In this document: positions 21,061-33,030 of the stretch, one piece after another
How the letters are laid out: the number at the start of each line of letters is the position of its first letter
How positions within the stretch are numbered: position 1 is the stretch's first letter
From: an uncultured delta proteobacterium
GTDB lineage: Bacteria; Desulfobacterota; Syntrophorhabdia; Syntrophorhabdales; WCHB1-27
Length of the DNA: 64,000 bases
NCBI GenBank assembly: GCA_963810935.1
Contig: CAWEPK010000010.1
Coordinates: forward strand, 256,001-320,000
Reading direction: 5' to 3'
The notes under the pieces: model-generated
The model's database searches: none
Told to the model about the DNA's origin: nothing
The model's input: the letters and a program-made list of their open reading frames with translations, nothing else
Made by a program: the position numbers and the translations under genes

Positions 21061-21543
21061 TTATTCCGCCTTTATCTCCACTCTCTTTGCCGCCTCGTGC
21101 GTCTTCGGCAAAACGATCGTGAGGACCCCGTTCTTGAAGCGCGCCTCCACCTTGTCCCTGTCTATGTCAGCGGGCAGGGGAATTACGCGGCGGAAAGGCC
21201 CGTAGGCGCGCTCCCTGCGGTGGAGGCCCTTCGCTTGCGTCTCCTCTATCTTTTTCTCCCCCCGGACAATGACCGAGTCCTGGCCGAGCGTTATCGAAAG
21301 CTCGTCCGGGCTCATGCCCGGCGCCTCGACCTCTATCCGCACGTCCTCATCCTCTTCGATAACGTCGACGCTCGGCTGGAACCCCTGGCCCGGTATTCTG
21401 ATCGGTTGGGTCGCGATCCTGGACAAGGGCTCGAACACGGAATCGACCATCCGGTTCATCACGTCGCGCACAGTATCGAAGGGGTTAATCGTCTGCCACG
21501 GTCTTGCGTAGTGCTGCTCTTCTCTCTTCTTTCCTTCCGCCAT
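21061..21543 (-). CDS. Hsp20/alpha-crystallin small heat shock protein
   Basis: ERAYGPFRR and ARFKNGVLTIVLPK. Confidence 0.92.
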   Translation of the reverse strand: MAEGKKREEQHYARPWQTINPFDTVRDVMNRMVDSVFEPLSRIATQPIRIPGQGFQPSVDVIEEDEDVRIEVEAPGMSPDELSITLGQDSVIVRGEKKIEETQAKGLHRRERAYGPFRRVIPLPADIDRDKVEARFKNGVLTIVLPKTHEAAKRVEIKAE

Positions 21544-21644
21544 GACAAACCTCCACTTTTTTTAAACGTAATGCAGGGGCGGGGTGGGCGCAACGGAAAA
21601 GGAAGCTGAAAAAAGCGACTGTAAATCGGTGATGCAGTGCCTTG

Positions 21645-22082
21645 TTACGAGCCGAAAAGGCGCACGTGCTCCTGCTTCACGCACTTGTCCATGACGAACG
21701 TGATCCCCTCATTCTCGGCCAGGGCTTTGGCCTCTTCGCTGACTATGCCGAGCTGGAGCCATATCGCCTTCGGCCGCAGCCTCACGGCCTCCCGCACGAC
21801 GGGCAATACCTTGTCGGCCTTCATGAATATATCGACGATATCGACCTTTTCCTTGATATCGGCGAGCGACTTGTAAGAAGTCTGCCCAAGGATCGTCTCC
21901 TGTCCGGGGTTTACCGGGATAACCTTATACCCTTTACCCATCAGGTAGCGGGCTACGCCGTTGCTCGGTTTGTCGGGGTCGGCCGAGAGGCCGACTACGG
22001 CGATGACCCGGCCGCCCGAAAGAAGCCCTTCAATGGTCTTGTCGCGCTCTTTGCCCGGACTGTTTTCCATGTCTTTCTCCAT
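21645..22082 (-). CDS. CoA-binding protein (YccU-like)
   Basis: IAVVGLS, IPVNP, VDIVDIF, WLQLG and MDKC. Confidence 0.9.
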   Translation of the reverse strand: MEKDMENSPGKERDKTIEGLLSGGRVIAVVGLSADPDKPSNGVARYLMGKGYKVIPVNPGQETILGQTSYKSLADIKEKVDIVDIFMKADKVLPVVREAVRLRPKAIWLQLGIVSEEAKALAENEGITFVMDKCVKQEHVRLFGS

Positions 22083-22175
22083 ACCCCATTCTATTTCCCT
22101 GACAGCGCCAAGTCAAGGCCGGCCTTGCCCGTGGGGCTTCCCATAACCCCCCATCTGTGCTACTCTAATACGAGT

Positions 22176-22601
22176 ATGTTTGGTATAGGTCTGCCCGAAC
22201 TCATCATTATCATTATAGTTGCGCTCCTCGTTGTAGGTCCGACGAAGCTACCCGAGGTGGCGCGGTCCCTCGGCAGGGCCCTCGGGGAATTCAGGCGGAT
22301 GGCCGACGATGTCAAGGAGACCATCGAGCAGGAGATGAACGTCGAGGAAGAGAAGGGCGGACAGGAGAGCGCAAGCGGGCAGGGAGAGGCGTCCAAGAAG
22401 GGCGAGGCCGAACCGGTGGCCGAAGGCACGCCGGGCGTGGGCCCCGTCCCCGGTGAAGGCGAAGGGGGCGACCCCGAAGGCGGAGAGGGTACGCCGGCTG
22501 CGGGCGAAGGCAAGCCGGAAGAGCCTGCGGAGGGCACCGCTCCCGGAGAGCGCGAGGAACCCTCGGAGGGCACAGGTCCCGATGCACGAAAGGACGCATG
22601 A
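22176..22601 (+). CDS. tatB: Twin-arginine translocase subunit TatB (TatA/B family) with a long acidic tail
   Basis: MFGIGLPELIII...GPTKLPEVARSLG; overlaps the tatC start codon. Confidence 0.85.
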   Translation: MFGIGLPELIIIIIVALLVVGPTKLPEVARSLGRALGEFRRMADDVKETIEQEMNVEEEKGGQESASGQGEASKKGEAEPVAEGTPGVGPVPGEGEGGDPEGGEGTPAAGEGKPEEPAEGTAPGEREEPSEGTGPDARKDA

Positions 22602-23321
22602 TAGAGGAAAAAAAGCCCTTCACGAGCCACCTGAAGGAATTGCGGGACAGGCTGGTCGTCAGCCTGATCGGCCTAGGCATCGCTTTCATCATCACCTACA
22701 GTTTTAAAGAGAGAATATTCCACTTCCTTATGCAGCCTTTCATCCAGGTGATGCCCGCGAACAGCTCCTTCATATTCACAAGCATCACCGAAGCTTTCAT
22801 AACGTATTTCAAGGTCTGCATCGTGGCAGCCCTGTTCCTGGCATCCCCCCTGATCCTCTACGAGGTCTGGATGTTCGTCTCGCCGGGCCTTTACCAAAAG
22901 GAAAAGAAGTACATCGCCCCCTTCATCATTTTCGGGAGCTTTTTCTTTATTTCCGGCGCGCTTTTCTGCTACTACGTGACCATGCCGGTCGTCTACCATT
23001 TCTTCGTGAGCTATGCCGGACACATGATCGTTCCTATGCCTTCCCTCAAGGAATACATGAGCCTCACCCTCAAGCTGCTGGTCATCTTCGGTCTGGTGTT
23101 CCAGATGCCGCTCGTCGCGTATTATTTGGCAAAGGCGGGTATAATCAATTACAGTATGCTAGCGAAGAAGAGGAGGTACGCCATCCTCGGTATCGTCGTG
23201 ATGTCGGCGATTATCACGCCGCCGGAGGTGTCGAGCCAGTTTATGATGGCGCTGCCCATGTACGGCCTCTTCGAGCTGAGCGTCCTTATTGCGAGGGTCT
23301 TCGGAAAAAAGGAGGTCGTCA

Positions 23322-23338
<17 letters not shown>
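22598..23338 (+). CDS. tatC: Twin-arginine translocase subunit TatC
   Basis: HLKELRDRL, FVSPGLY..EK, FQMP and AIITPP. Confidence 0.95.
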
Positions 23339-24680
<1,342 letters not shown>

Positions 24681-24681
<1 letters not shown>

Positions 24682-26498
24682 TGTGCGGAATAGTCGGATA
24701 TATCGGCCAAGATGAAGCATACCCCATCCTGATAGAAGCCCTTAGAAGGCTTGAGTACAGGGGCTACGATTCCGCAGGGATCGCCGTCTCGTGCGACGGC
24801 AAGATAGAGGTCGCCCGGCAAAAGGGCAAAGTGGAGGAGCTCCGGAAGCTGTGCGACGGCGGCTTCAAGGGGCGCCTGGGCATAGCCCATACCAGGTGGG
24901 CCACCCACGGAACGCCTTCCGAACGGAACGCCCATCCACACAGGGCGGGCGACGTGGTCGTAGTCCACAACGGCATCGTCGAGAACTACGTCGAGCTGAA
25001 GGAGCAGCTGCGCGGCCTCGGCCACAAGTTCCTGTCCGATACGGACACCGAGGTCATACCCCATCTCGTCAGCGAGCACATCAAGGAGGGGGCGGACTTC
25101 GCGGAAGCCGTGCGCCTATCCTTAAACGAGATGGCCGGCTCCTACGCGCTCGCCATCATCAGAGAGAACGAAAAGACCCTGATCGCGGCAAAAAAAGAGA
25201 GCCCCCTTGTCCTCGGCATCGGCGACGGGGAGTTCTTCATAGCGAGCGACGCCCCCGCCCTGATCGGCAGGACGAACAGGTTTATTTTCCTCGAAGATAA
25301 CGACCTCGCCGTCATGAAAGACGGCAAGCTGACCCTCACGGATACGTCCGGCAGGCCGGTCGAGCGGCCGGTTCACATCATCAACTGGACAGGCGCCATG
25401 GCCGAGAAGGGCGGCTACAAGCACTTCATGCTGAAGGAGATTTACGAGCAGCCCAGGGCCATCTCCGAGACGCTCCTCGGAAGGGTGAAGGAGGAGCGGG
25501 GAGAGGTCGATTTCGAGGAGCTGAAGCTGCCCCCCTTGAGCAGGATCAAGCGCACCTGGATGATCGCCTGCGGCACATCGTACCACGCGTGTCTGATCGG
25601 AAAGCACCTCTTCGAGGAAAACCTGCGCATGCCCGTCGAAGTCGATATAGCGTCCGAGTTCCGCTACAGGAACCCGATCATGGGGACGAACGACATGCTC
25701 ATCCTCGTGTCGCAGTCGGGGGAGACGGCGGATACAATAGCGGTCATGAAAGAGGCGAAGAAGAGGGGCGTTTTCACGCTGGCCATCTGCAACGTCCTCG
25801 GCAGCACGCTAGCCCGCGAGGCGGACGGCGTCATTTTCACGCACGCGGGGCCGGAGATAGGCGTCGCCTCGACCAAGGCGTTTACAACGCAGATATCGGT
25901 CCTCTTCCTGCTCATGCTCCATCTGGGCAGGAAGCTGGGCGTCATGGACCAGGAGGCGCTTAGCGCAAAGATAGGCGAGATCAGGAAGATACCCCACAAG
26001 ATACAGCGCATCCTCGACGCGTCGACGGACATGGAAGACCTGGCCCGCAAGTATATGCACTACAAGAATTTCCTCTATCTGGGAAGAGGAATAAGCTACC
26101 CGGTCTCCCTTGAAGGGGCGCTCAAGCTCAAGGAGATATCGTATATCCACGCAGAGGCATACGCAGCAGGCGAGATGAAGCACGGCCCCATAGCGCTCAT
26201 AGACGAGCACATGCCCGTTGTCTTTGTCTCACCAGGCGACCAAACCTACAAAAAAACGTGCAGCAACGTGGAAGAAGTCGTCTCGCGGCGGGGCAATATT
26301 ATCCTGTGCACAGACCTCGACACCCACGAGATGTCGCCCAAGGCCTCAACCATATTGACCGTCCCGGAGACGCTCTACGAGCTTCAACCCATGGTATTCA
26401 TCGTCCCGTTGCAGCTCTTCGCATACCACATAGCGAACCTGCTAGGGACAGACGTAGACCAGCCGAGGAACCTCGCCAAGAGCGTTACGGTGGAATAG
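24681..26498 (+). CDS. glmS: Glutamine--fructose-6-phosphate transaminase
   Basis: MCGIVG N-terminus, EYRGYDSAG, HTRWATHG, SQSGETADT and PRNLAKSVTVE. AAGGAGG RBS before the ATG. Confidence 0.97.
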
Positions 26499-26891
26499 CA
26501 GTTTAAGAACCGGGGCGAACGGGTGCCGCAACGTTCAAGCATTTGGATGCCCAGAGCATCGAGCCCGGGAACCCTCGAAAGACACAACTAAGAGCAGTAA
26601 TTGCTGTAGAATGCCTGCACCTACAGGTAGAGCGTGAAGCTTTCGGCACGAGGTTACAAGTTACCAAGAAAAATGATGCATTTATTGGAAGTAACACGAC
26701 AAAAGCTGCGATGCTCCTGTCGCCCTTCCAAATGTCCATATTTCACGATAATGGAAAATATGGACAATGCTTATAAGTACATAACATCACAAGATAACGG
26801 AGAATCTGATACATATACCGTACAAAAACGAGCATCGAGTAAGCGATACGTTGACATAGGTTAGAATTGGTGTGATGGCAATCGTCAGTTG

Positions 26892-27287
26892 TCATTGTCC
26901 ACTTGTTGGAGTATCCGCTTCCGTTGTTGGGGGTGCAGTAGTCTGCGTTGTTGAGGATGGATTAACCGCCGTATTCGCATGGCTGGGCGCGAAATTGTAC
27001 TCTTCCAACATTGAACTACCACCCATACTCTTATGGCTGGGCGCGAAATTGTACTCTTCCAACATTGAACTACCACCCATACTCTTATGGCTGGGCGCGG
27101 AATTGTACTCTCCCAAATCTTCTGAGCTCGAAGGCGGAGCCTGAACAGAAGCAATTGCAGCATCCTGCTCGGCCTGGAGCGAAGCATTCCCCGTCACGGA
27201 GAAGACGCCTGCTCCGTTACCTGACGCACCTGCCAGTCCGGCAAGAACAAAGAATATCAAAACGGTATAGAATATGATCTGTCGCAT
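26892..27287 (-). CDS. Secreted low-complexity protein with an 18-aa tandem repeat
   Basis: GAGGAGGG RBS, signal peptide MRQIIFYTVLIFFVLAGLAGA, and three EYNxAPSH units. Confidence 0.65.
   Translation of the reverse strand: MRQIIFYTVLIFFVLAGLAGASGNGAGVFSVTGNASLQAEQDAAIASVQAPPSSSEDLGEYNSAPSHKSMGGSSMLEEYNFAPSHKSMGGSSMLEEYNFAPSHANTAVNPSSTTQTTAPPTTEADTPTSGQ
26979..27116. repeat. 54-bp tandem repeat, about 2.5 copies
   Basis: ATGGCTGGGCGCGAAATTGTACTCTTCCAACATTGAACTACCACCCATACTCTT at 26979 and 27033, with a partial copy at 27087. Confidence 0.95.
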
Positions 27288-27300
27288 GTGATCCCTCCTC

Positions 27301-28599
27301 TCATCGGTCTTCTATCCACCAGGCATCGAGGTTTCCTGTCTTCGGGTCAAACTCCAGCATGTACCCGTCAGACCAACGGACCAGCCTGCTGCACGCACTG
27401 CCAGCGCAATGCAGACCATCGCGAAAGGTGAAGTCTTCGGGTATCTCGTTTTTGCCCACCATGGCCATGCGTTGCTTCGGTGAGACATAACGATAATATT
27501 TGCTGACCAGATCGACCATGCTATAGACGACAAAATATTTCCCCGCCAGTCCCTCGGCCGACGAAACGGCCTTCTTGTCTGCCTCGGCAACCAGCCTGAC
27601 GTCGGTGATTGAACGGAAATCGTCTTTGGCAATAGGGGAGACCTGGCAGGCGCCGGACTTGGGATTTTCCAGGAATGACTGGATGCACTTACCGTAACGG
27701 TAATCGAATATGGGAAGCCATCCGGCCAGGTGACCCTTGAAGCCGGCGGGCTTGGCGATGATGACGTAGGGTACCTTGGCCTTGGTGAAATACTTCCCTG
27801 CAATGTCAGCGCGCCCTATCGGGTCAGGGTCCCAGTCTGTGTCGTCCGGCAGGATCAGCATCGTGGGCGTTTTCACCCCCTCCAAAATGGGGCCGAACCC
27901 GGTGTACACCTCGTCGAACCAGGGGGAGCTGCGGGGGCCGGTGGCGTTGGGGGCGCTGAGGAGAAGTATATCGGCTGCTAGGTCCGGTTGCTGGGCCGCC
28001 TTGAGGGATACCCACGCCCCCCAGGAATGGCCGGCCAGTATAATCCGGCTGTAGCCCTGCGCTTTCAGTTCCTTGAGGCGCTGCCGTACCGCAACGGCGG
28101 CCGGCGCCACCTTGACCATGCTCAGATGCTTTTGCGGTATGAACTGCCCTTTTTCTATCTTTGCCCCGATGACGTCCCAGCCCTCGTCGTTAAGCGTCTT
28201 AAGGAAATACGGGCCGGCATTCCCGGCCGCCAGGTAGTGGTTCTGGCTGAAGCCTTGTATGTAGTAAATGACGCCCCTGGCCTTCGCCGGTCCGAGTCCA
28301 GCTTTGAGCGGACGGGGGGTGAACTCCCTGAACTGAAACGGTTCCTCGTCTCTGGCAACCTGCATCTTGCGCTGGACGCATTCCTGCACGAGATTATGTA
28401 ATTTCTGCCCTTTACGACCTGATACGGCGCACTCCTCGCGGCATTCCTTGCGGAACCGTTCCTGCAATTCCCCCATATCCTGGGCCGCGGTCCGCCGGGT
28501 GTCGACGAGACCGGCCGCAACGATGGCAAAAAAGATTATCGCTAGTGATATTAAGCGGAACTTCTGCGCAGAATGCCTGAAGGGATGATCGTTATCCAA
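27301..28599 (-). CDS. Exported alpha/beta-hydrolase fold protein
   Basis: N-terminal hydrophobic segment, nucleophile elbow GHSWG, candidate Asp (DWDP) and His (KGH). Confidence 0.7.
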   Translation of the reverse strand: MDNDHPFRHSAQKFRLISLAIIFFAIVAAGLVDTRRTAAQDMGELQERFRKECREECAVSGRKGQKLHNLVQECVQRKMQVARDEEPFQFREFTPRPLKAGLGPAKARGVIYYIQGFSQNHYLAAGNAGPYFLKTLNDEGWDVIGAKIEKGQFIPQKHLSMVKVAPAAVAVRQRLKELKAQGYSRIILAGHSWGAWVSLKAAQQPDLAADILLLSAPNATGPRSSPWFDEVYTGFGPILEGVKTPTMLILPDDTDWDPDPIGRADIAGKYFTKAKVPYVIIAKPAGFKGHLAGWLPIFDYRYGKCIQSFLENPKSGACQVSPIAKDDFRSITDVRLVAEADKKAVSSAEGLAGKYFVVYSMVDLVSKYYRYVSPKQRMAMVGKNEIPEDFTFRDGLHCAGSACSRLVRWSDGYMLEFDPKTGNLDAWWIEDR

Positions 28600-28815
28600 G
28601 ATGCAATTACAATATATCAGCCGTGCAATATAATCAAGTTTCGGCTATTTGTTATGAGCATGCTCCTAGGCTCCGACGGGTAACCTTCACACATGGGAAT
28701 TACTACTCTCATTCATTACGATCAGAAAGACTCTATTGTCAGAGGAGCCTCAGGCCGCACGCTTTCAGAAACAGAGCTATTCGAAACTGGCCTACGCTTG
28801 TTTTTTGCGTCTTTT

Positions 28816-30261
28816 TCACCTCCGCGAAAAATAAAGCTTGATGCCTCTGTAGAACAGCGCGACTCCGAGCCACGCAAAGACCACTGCCAGAGGGTAAACT
28901 AGCAGACGCGGGAACAGCGCGAATAAGCCGGCGAGTACTAGCAGGAGCGCCCCGATGCTCGTCATCACCCGGGCTTCGACCGGCTCCAGCACCCGCCTGC
29001 CCGTGAAAGCGGCGCCGATTGCGTTGCCGATGCGGACCGCTCCGGCCGCCGTCCGCCCGACGCTGCCGCTTCCGGTCGTCACTAGCGGCCGTGCGCGGCG
29101 CCGTCCGCCGAGGGAGCGCACTTTCTGCTTTTCATCCAGCACTATCTCCGTTGCCTGCGCGAGGTCCTGAAGATACATCTCCTCCATCTCGCGCGCAAAC
29201 GTTTCGTCCTCCACTACCGCGTCCAGCTCGCAGTTGGCGAACCAACTGCTGATATTGAGGTTCGTTGAGCCGACGCGCGCCCAACGCCCGTCGGCGACCG
29301 CAGTTTTCGCGTGCAGCATGGTCCCGTTCCATTCGAAGACGCGCACGCCTGCCTCAAGTAGAGGACGGTACCCTGCCCTCGATAAAGGCCTTAAAACGGG
29401 GATGTCCGTCCCGTTAGGTACGAGGAGGCGCACATCGACGCCGTCCTTTGCCGCTGCTCTCAGGGCTTGCACAAAGGTAGGCATGCCCGCGTAATATGCA
29501 TCGGTCAACCAGATCCTTTTTCTCGCAAGGGCGGCGATGAGCTGGTCCAGGCGCAGCATGCCGGCCGTCGCGGGCAATGTGGCTACAATGCGTAGGGTCA
29601 TGTCGCCGGCAAGAGAAGCCGCTTCGCTGCCTGTTATCTCCCATTCCGGAACCGGCTCACCCATCATGGCCCACACTTGCGCAAACGCGCGCTCGATGTC
29701 CGCAACAGCGGGCCCGCGCACTTCTACCCCGGTATCACGCCACGGGTCTATCTTTTTCTCAGGGACGCCCTTCCACATCCGTCCGATGCATAAGCCGCTT
29801 ATAAAACCGACTTCTCCGTCGATCGCCATCATCTTGCGGTGATCGCGCGAGAACCAGCCAAAGGGACTGTCGAAGCGCGGAGGATTGTAGCAGCGGACCT
29901 CGGCGCCTGCCGAGCGCAGGCGATTCCAGAACCGCCTGCGGGTATGGCCGAAGCTCCCCAACCAATCGTAAATGACCCGGACGCGCACGCCTTGCGCCGC
30001 CTTGGCGATCAGCGCGTCGGCAAATTCCCGTCCCGTATCGTCTTCATGGATGATGTAAGCCTCGAAGTGGATGTGGCTTTTCGCCGCTCCTATGGCGTGC
30101 AGCCAAGCCGGGTAATTCTCATTCGCGTCTTTGAGCAGCCGCACGTGATTGCCTTCGAGGAGAGGGGCGCCGCAGGCGCGCGAAAAAGCCTGGTCGGCGT
30201 GGACGCGCAGCTCCTTGAAGGTATGGTGCTCCTGGTTGATGCGTCGCGTTACGGACTTCAT
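28816..30261 (-). CDS. Cardiolipin synthase (ClsB-like phospholipase D)
   Basis: Two HxKxxxxD motifs ([16 protein letters not shown]), WRDT and GSTNLN. Confidence 0.92.
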   Translation of the reverse strand: MKSVTRRINQEHHTFKELRVHADQAFSRACGAPLLEGNHVRLLKDANENYPAWLHAIGAAKSHIHFEAYIIHEDDTGREFADALIAKAAQGVRVRVIYDWLGSFGHTRRRFWNRLRSAGAEVRCYNPPRFDSPFGWFSRDHRKMMAIDGEVGFISGLCIGRMWKGVPEKKIDPWRDTGVEVRGPAVADIERAFAQVWAMMGEPVPEWEITGSEAASLAGDMTLRIVATLPATAGMLRLDQLIAALARKRIWLTDAYYAGMPTFVQALRAAAKDGVDVRLLVPNGTDIPVLRPLSRAGYRPLLEAGVRVFEWNGTMLHAKTAVADGRWARVGSTNLNISSWFANCELDAVVEDETFAREMEEMYLQDLAQATEIVLDEKQKVRSLGGRRRARPLVTTGSGSVGRTAAGAVRIGNAIGAAFTGRRVLEPVEARVMTSIGALLLVLAGLFALFPRLLVYPLAVVFAWLGVALFYRGIKLYFSRR

Positions 30262-30366
30262 GACCTCATGATTCTTTTGATGCCGCCCGCCCCTTAAGAG
30301 ACCGTCATCCTACATTGTACAGCAGTAACCGGTGAAAAACATAGGCTGCCGTTAGTCTGCGCCGGT

Positions 30367-30981
30367 CTAAGGCGAACCCTGCATCCCCGACACTGCCCAC
30401 AGGTACAGGGAGGCCACCGAGCCGTAAGGCGAATAACGCCTCCTGTAACGTTCGAATTGCTCTCTCGTCAGATCCTTCAGCCCGTACAGGTTCATCATGC
30501 CCCGCCGTATGGCCTGGTCGCCCCAGCTTACGATGTCCGGCCGGCAGAGGGAGAAAAGCAGGAGCATCTCGGCCGTCCAGACCCCTATGCCGCGCAGGGA
30601 CGAAAGGTGCTCGACGACATCATCGTCGGCCATCTCCTGAAAGCGGGAGAACTCCACCAGGCCGCTCGCGGCCGCTTCGCCTATCCCCTTGATGTATTCT
30701 GCCTTCCGCCCTGACAGCCCGCATTGCCTGAGATCGGAAACGTCCGTCCCGGCGATGCGCTCCGGCGTGACCTCGCCGAGAAATGCGCGCAATCTCCCCC
30801 GTACTGCGTTGGCCGCTTTGTTAGATATCTGCTGAGCCACGATGCTCATAACGAGCGCATCGAAAGGGTCGGGCCTTATCTCCCGCTCGATCGGGCCTAT
30901 CATGTCGATTGCCGCTCCGAGCTTTTTGTCGCGCCGTTTGAGGTGCTCTATCTCGGTCTGCCCGTATCTGAATATCGGCAC
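30367..30981 (-). CDS. DNA-3-methyladenine glycosylase II (AlkA-like HhH-GPD family)
   Basis: SIVAQQIS, LRGIGVWTAEM and YSPYGSVASLYLW. GTG start after AAGGAGG. Confidence 0.9.
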   Translation of the reverse strand: MPIFRYGQTEIEHLKRRDKKLGAAIDMIGPIEREIRPDPFDALVMSIVAQQISNKAANAVRGRLRAFLGEVTPERIAGTDVSDLRQCGLSGRKAEYIKGIGEAAASGLVEFSRFQEMADDDVVEHLSSLRGIGVWTAEMLLLFSLCRPDIVSWGDQAIRRGMMNLYGLKDLTREQFERYRRRYSPYGSVASLYLWAVSGMQGSP

Positions 30982-31028
30982 GCCGCCGCCCTCCTTGTGT
31001 TGTCGGCCCAAAGCCTTCGGTGTTTTCG

Positions 31029-31295
31029 TCAGCGATACCGGACGGCCAGGATAAGCACCGTGCACATCAGTACGAACGTGACGAAATTGGCGACGATGAT
31101 CGGCAGGCAATGGGTGTAAAAGCCATAAATCATCCAGAGAAAAATGCCCGTCGCGTTGAGACTTATCATGGCTAGCGAGAGGTCTTTCGCAGATTTGACG
31201 CGCCACGTGCGGACGACCTGGGGAATGAAGGCGATCGTCGTAAAGGCGCCGGCGACCATGCCCAGCACCATGACGGGGTCGAAGTTTAAAGTCAT
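31029..31295 (-). CDS. SemiSWEET/PQ-loop transporter
   Basis: TTIAFIPQV..TW, DLS, LWMIYG and PIIVAN; three TM helices. Confidence 0.9.
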   Translation of the reverse strand: MTLNFDPVMVLGMVAGAFTTIAFIPQVVRTWRVKSAKDLSLAMISLNATGIFLWMIYGFYTHCLPIIVANFVTFVLMCTVLILAVRYR

Positions 31296-31386
31296 GACAA
31301 ATAATTTAGCATAATTCCGAAGGACCGTCTCCGGTCCCCGCTCGCCTCGCGCTTCGGATATCGCAGGGGCCGCCCAATCTGGCGCT

Positions 31387-32250
31387 TTACAGCCAGCGGA
31401 CCTCGCGCACCTTTCTAGGGATGGTCTTCGTGATGCGATGTTTCGGGTAGCCTACTATGACGGCGCTGTAGATGTTCCGGTCGCCCGGCAGCCCCAGGCG
31501 GCGGGCTATGGCGTTCGAGAAACCGGCCGCGGTCAGCAGGAAGCCCGCCCAGCACGTGCCCAGGCCCAGGGTCGGCGCCAGCATCTCCATGTTCCTCACC
31601 GCGATGGCGCAGTTCTCATGGACCAGCCGGTTCGATCTCTCGCCGTGGACCGCGATCAGGGCGGGGGCGTTCCGAAAGATAAGGCCGCGCGACCGGCCCT
31701 TTTGTCGCGCCTCCCCGAACCGCTCGTAGTAGCCGAGGGACCGTGCGACCATCGCTTCCCCGAACAGCATGCCCGCCAGCTTCCGCCCCACGGGGTTGCC
31801 GAGGAGCCTGAGTTTCTTCCACATGATCTGCACGACCATATCTTCCAGCTCTTCGAGGAGCCTCCTGTCCCGCACGATAATGAAACCCTCCGTTTGGGCG
31901 TTGGAGGCAGTACCCGCGTGCGTGCCCGCTTCGATGAGCCGCTCCATGACCTCAACCGGCACTTCGTTTCCAGTGAAGTTCCTCACGGACCGGCGGAGCA
32001 GGAGAAAGTCCCTCATGGCTTCCGACGTTATTTCGCAACCGCCCTCATCGAACGTGCCGGCAGGCAGGCCGCTGTGGGCCAGCGCCCCTGCCGGGCATAT
32101 GGCGACGCAGTGGCCGCAGAGTGTGCACCTGTCCTGTCGCCGCACTGCCGGGGGCAACCCTGCGTGCAGCCCGGCCTCGATAATGCCTGTGGGGCACTCA
32201 TCCACACACCACCCGCAGCCGGTACACCTGCCCGCATCGATTTTCACCAT
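31387..32250 (-). CDS. Nitroreductase family protein with N-terminal 2x[4Fe-4S] ferredoxin domain
   Basis: CTGCGWCVDECP, CTLCGHCVAICP, RRSVR, LGLGTCWAG and VGYP. The start is uncertain. Confidence 0.9.
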   Translation of the reverse strand: MVKIDAGRCTGCGWCVDECPTGIIEAGLHAGLPPAVRRQDRCTLCGHCVAICPAGALAHSGLPAGTFDEGGCEITSEAMRDFLLLRRSVRNFTGNEVPVEVMERLIEAGTHAGTASNAQTEGFIIVRDRRLLEELEDMVVQIMWKKLRLLGNPVGRKLAGMLFGEAMVARSLGYYERFGEARQKGRSRGLIFRNAPALIAVHGERSNRLVHENCAIAVRNMEMLAPTLGLGTCWAGFLLTAAGFSNAIARRLGLPGDRNIYSAVIVGYPKHRITKTIPRKVREVRWL

Positions 32251-32493
32251 TTTACGAAGCCCTCCCCTGTCTGCTTCATCGGCCATTCCGGAGATTTTTA
32301 CAGATTGCCGGGAAAAAGGCAAAGGATAAAACAACGCCGTCTCCCGTGACATGCCTCTGACAATCGCACGTGAGGGATATAGACTATCGGGAATACAGCA
32401 CGTGTCCGGCCCGTTATAGAAGCAGGGCCTTTTCGTGTCTTTAAAAGGGTCCGGGAAAGCGGTATACTAGGGTTGCCAAAGGAGGTGGCTGAT

Positions 32494-33009
32494 ATGTCTG
32501 CCTATTCCGAGATGGTGATGCAGCATTACAAGAGCCCGCGCAACAGGGGAAGGATCGAGGACCCGGACGGTGTCGGCGAAGTCGGCAACCCCGTGTGCGG
32601 AGACATGATGACCATCATGATAAAGGTGAAGGAAGACCGCGTTGACGACATCAAGTTCGAGACCTTCGGCTGCGGGGCAGCCGTGGCCGTATCGAGCATC
32701 GTCACCGAGATGGCGAAGGGAAAAACGCTCAAAGAAGCGCTTGAGATAAGCACTGAGACCCTGGCGGCCCAGTTGGGGGAGCTGCCGAAGAACGAGCTTC
32801 ACTGCTCGAACCTCGGCGCGGATGCCCTACATAAAGCGATCATGGATTATTACGACAGGCAGAAAGGCCGGCAGAAAAAGACGCGAGGGGGAAAAGTTGA
32901 ATACCAGCGCGATAGCGGACAGAACTGCTACTGCCCGTATTGCGAGCACGAGCTGCCTTCCGGAGAGCCCCTATGCAGCAACTGCGGGAAATCCACAGAG
33001 GCGGAGTGA
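32494..33009 (+). CDS. iscU: IscU/NifU-N Fe-S scaffold with C-terminal zinc-ribbon extension
   Basis: YSEMVMQHY..PRN, GNPVCGD, FGCG and HCS; C-terminal CPYC...CSNC. AAGGAGGT RBS. Confidence 0.9.
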   Translation: MSAYSEMVMQHYKSPRNRGRIEDPDGVGEVGNPVCGDMMTIMIKVKEDRVDDIKFETFGCGAAVAVSSIVTEMAKGKTLKEALEISTETLAAQLGELPKNELHCSNLGADALHKAIMDYYDRQKGRQKKTRGGKVEYQRDSGQNCYCPYCEHELPSGEPLCSNCGKSTEAE

Positions 33010-33030
33010 CCGGTTGAAAACCATGAGAGG

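Noticed and set aside
21642..22175. Long N-terminal extension of TatB
   Set aside because: Antisense to the CoA-binding protein gene; TatB homology begins at MFGIG (22176).
26499..26600. Tn7 insertion at glmS
   Set aside because: No TGT...ACA end, no repeated TnsB sites and no tns genes in the window.
26979..27116. Possible CRISPR array
   Set aside because: The 54-bp units are contiguous with no unique spacers, are in frame within a CDS, and no cas genes are present.
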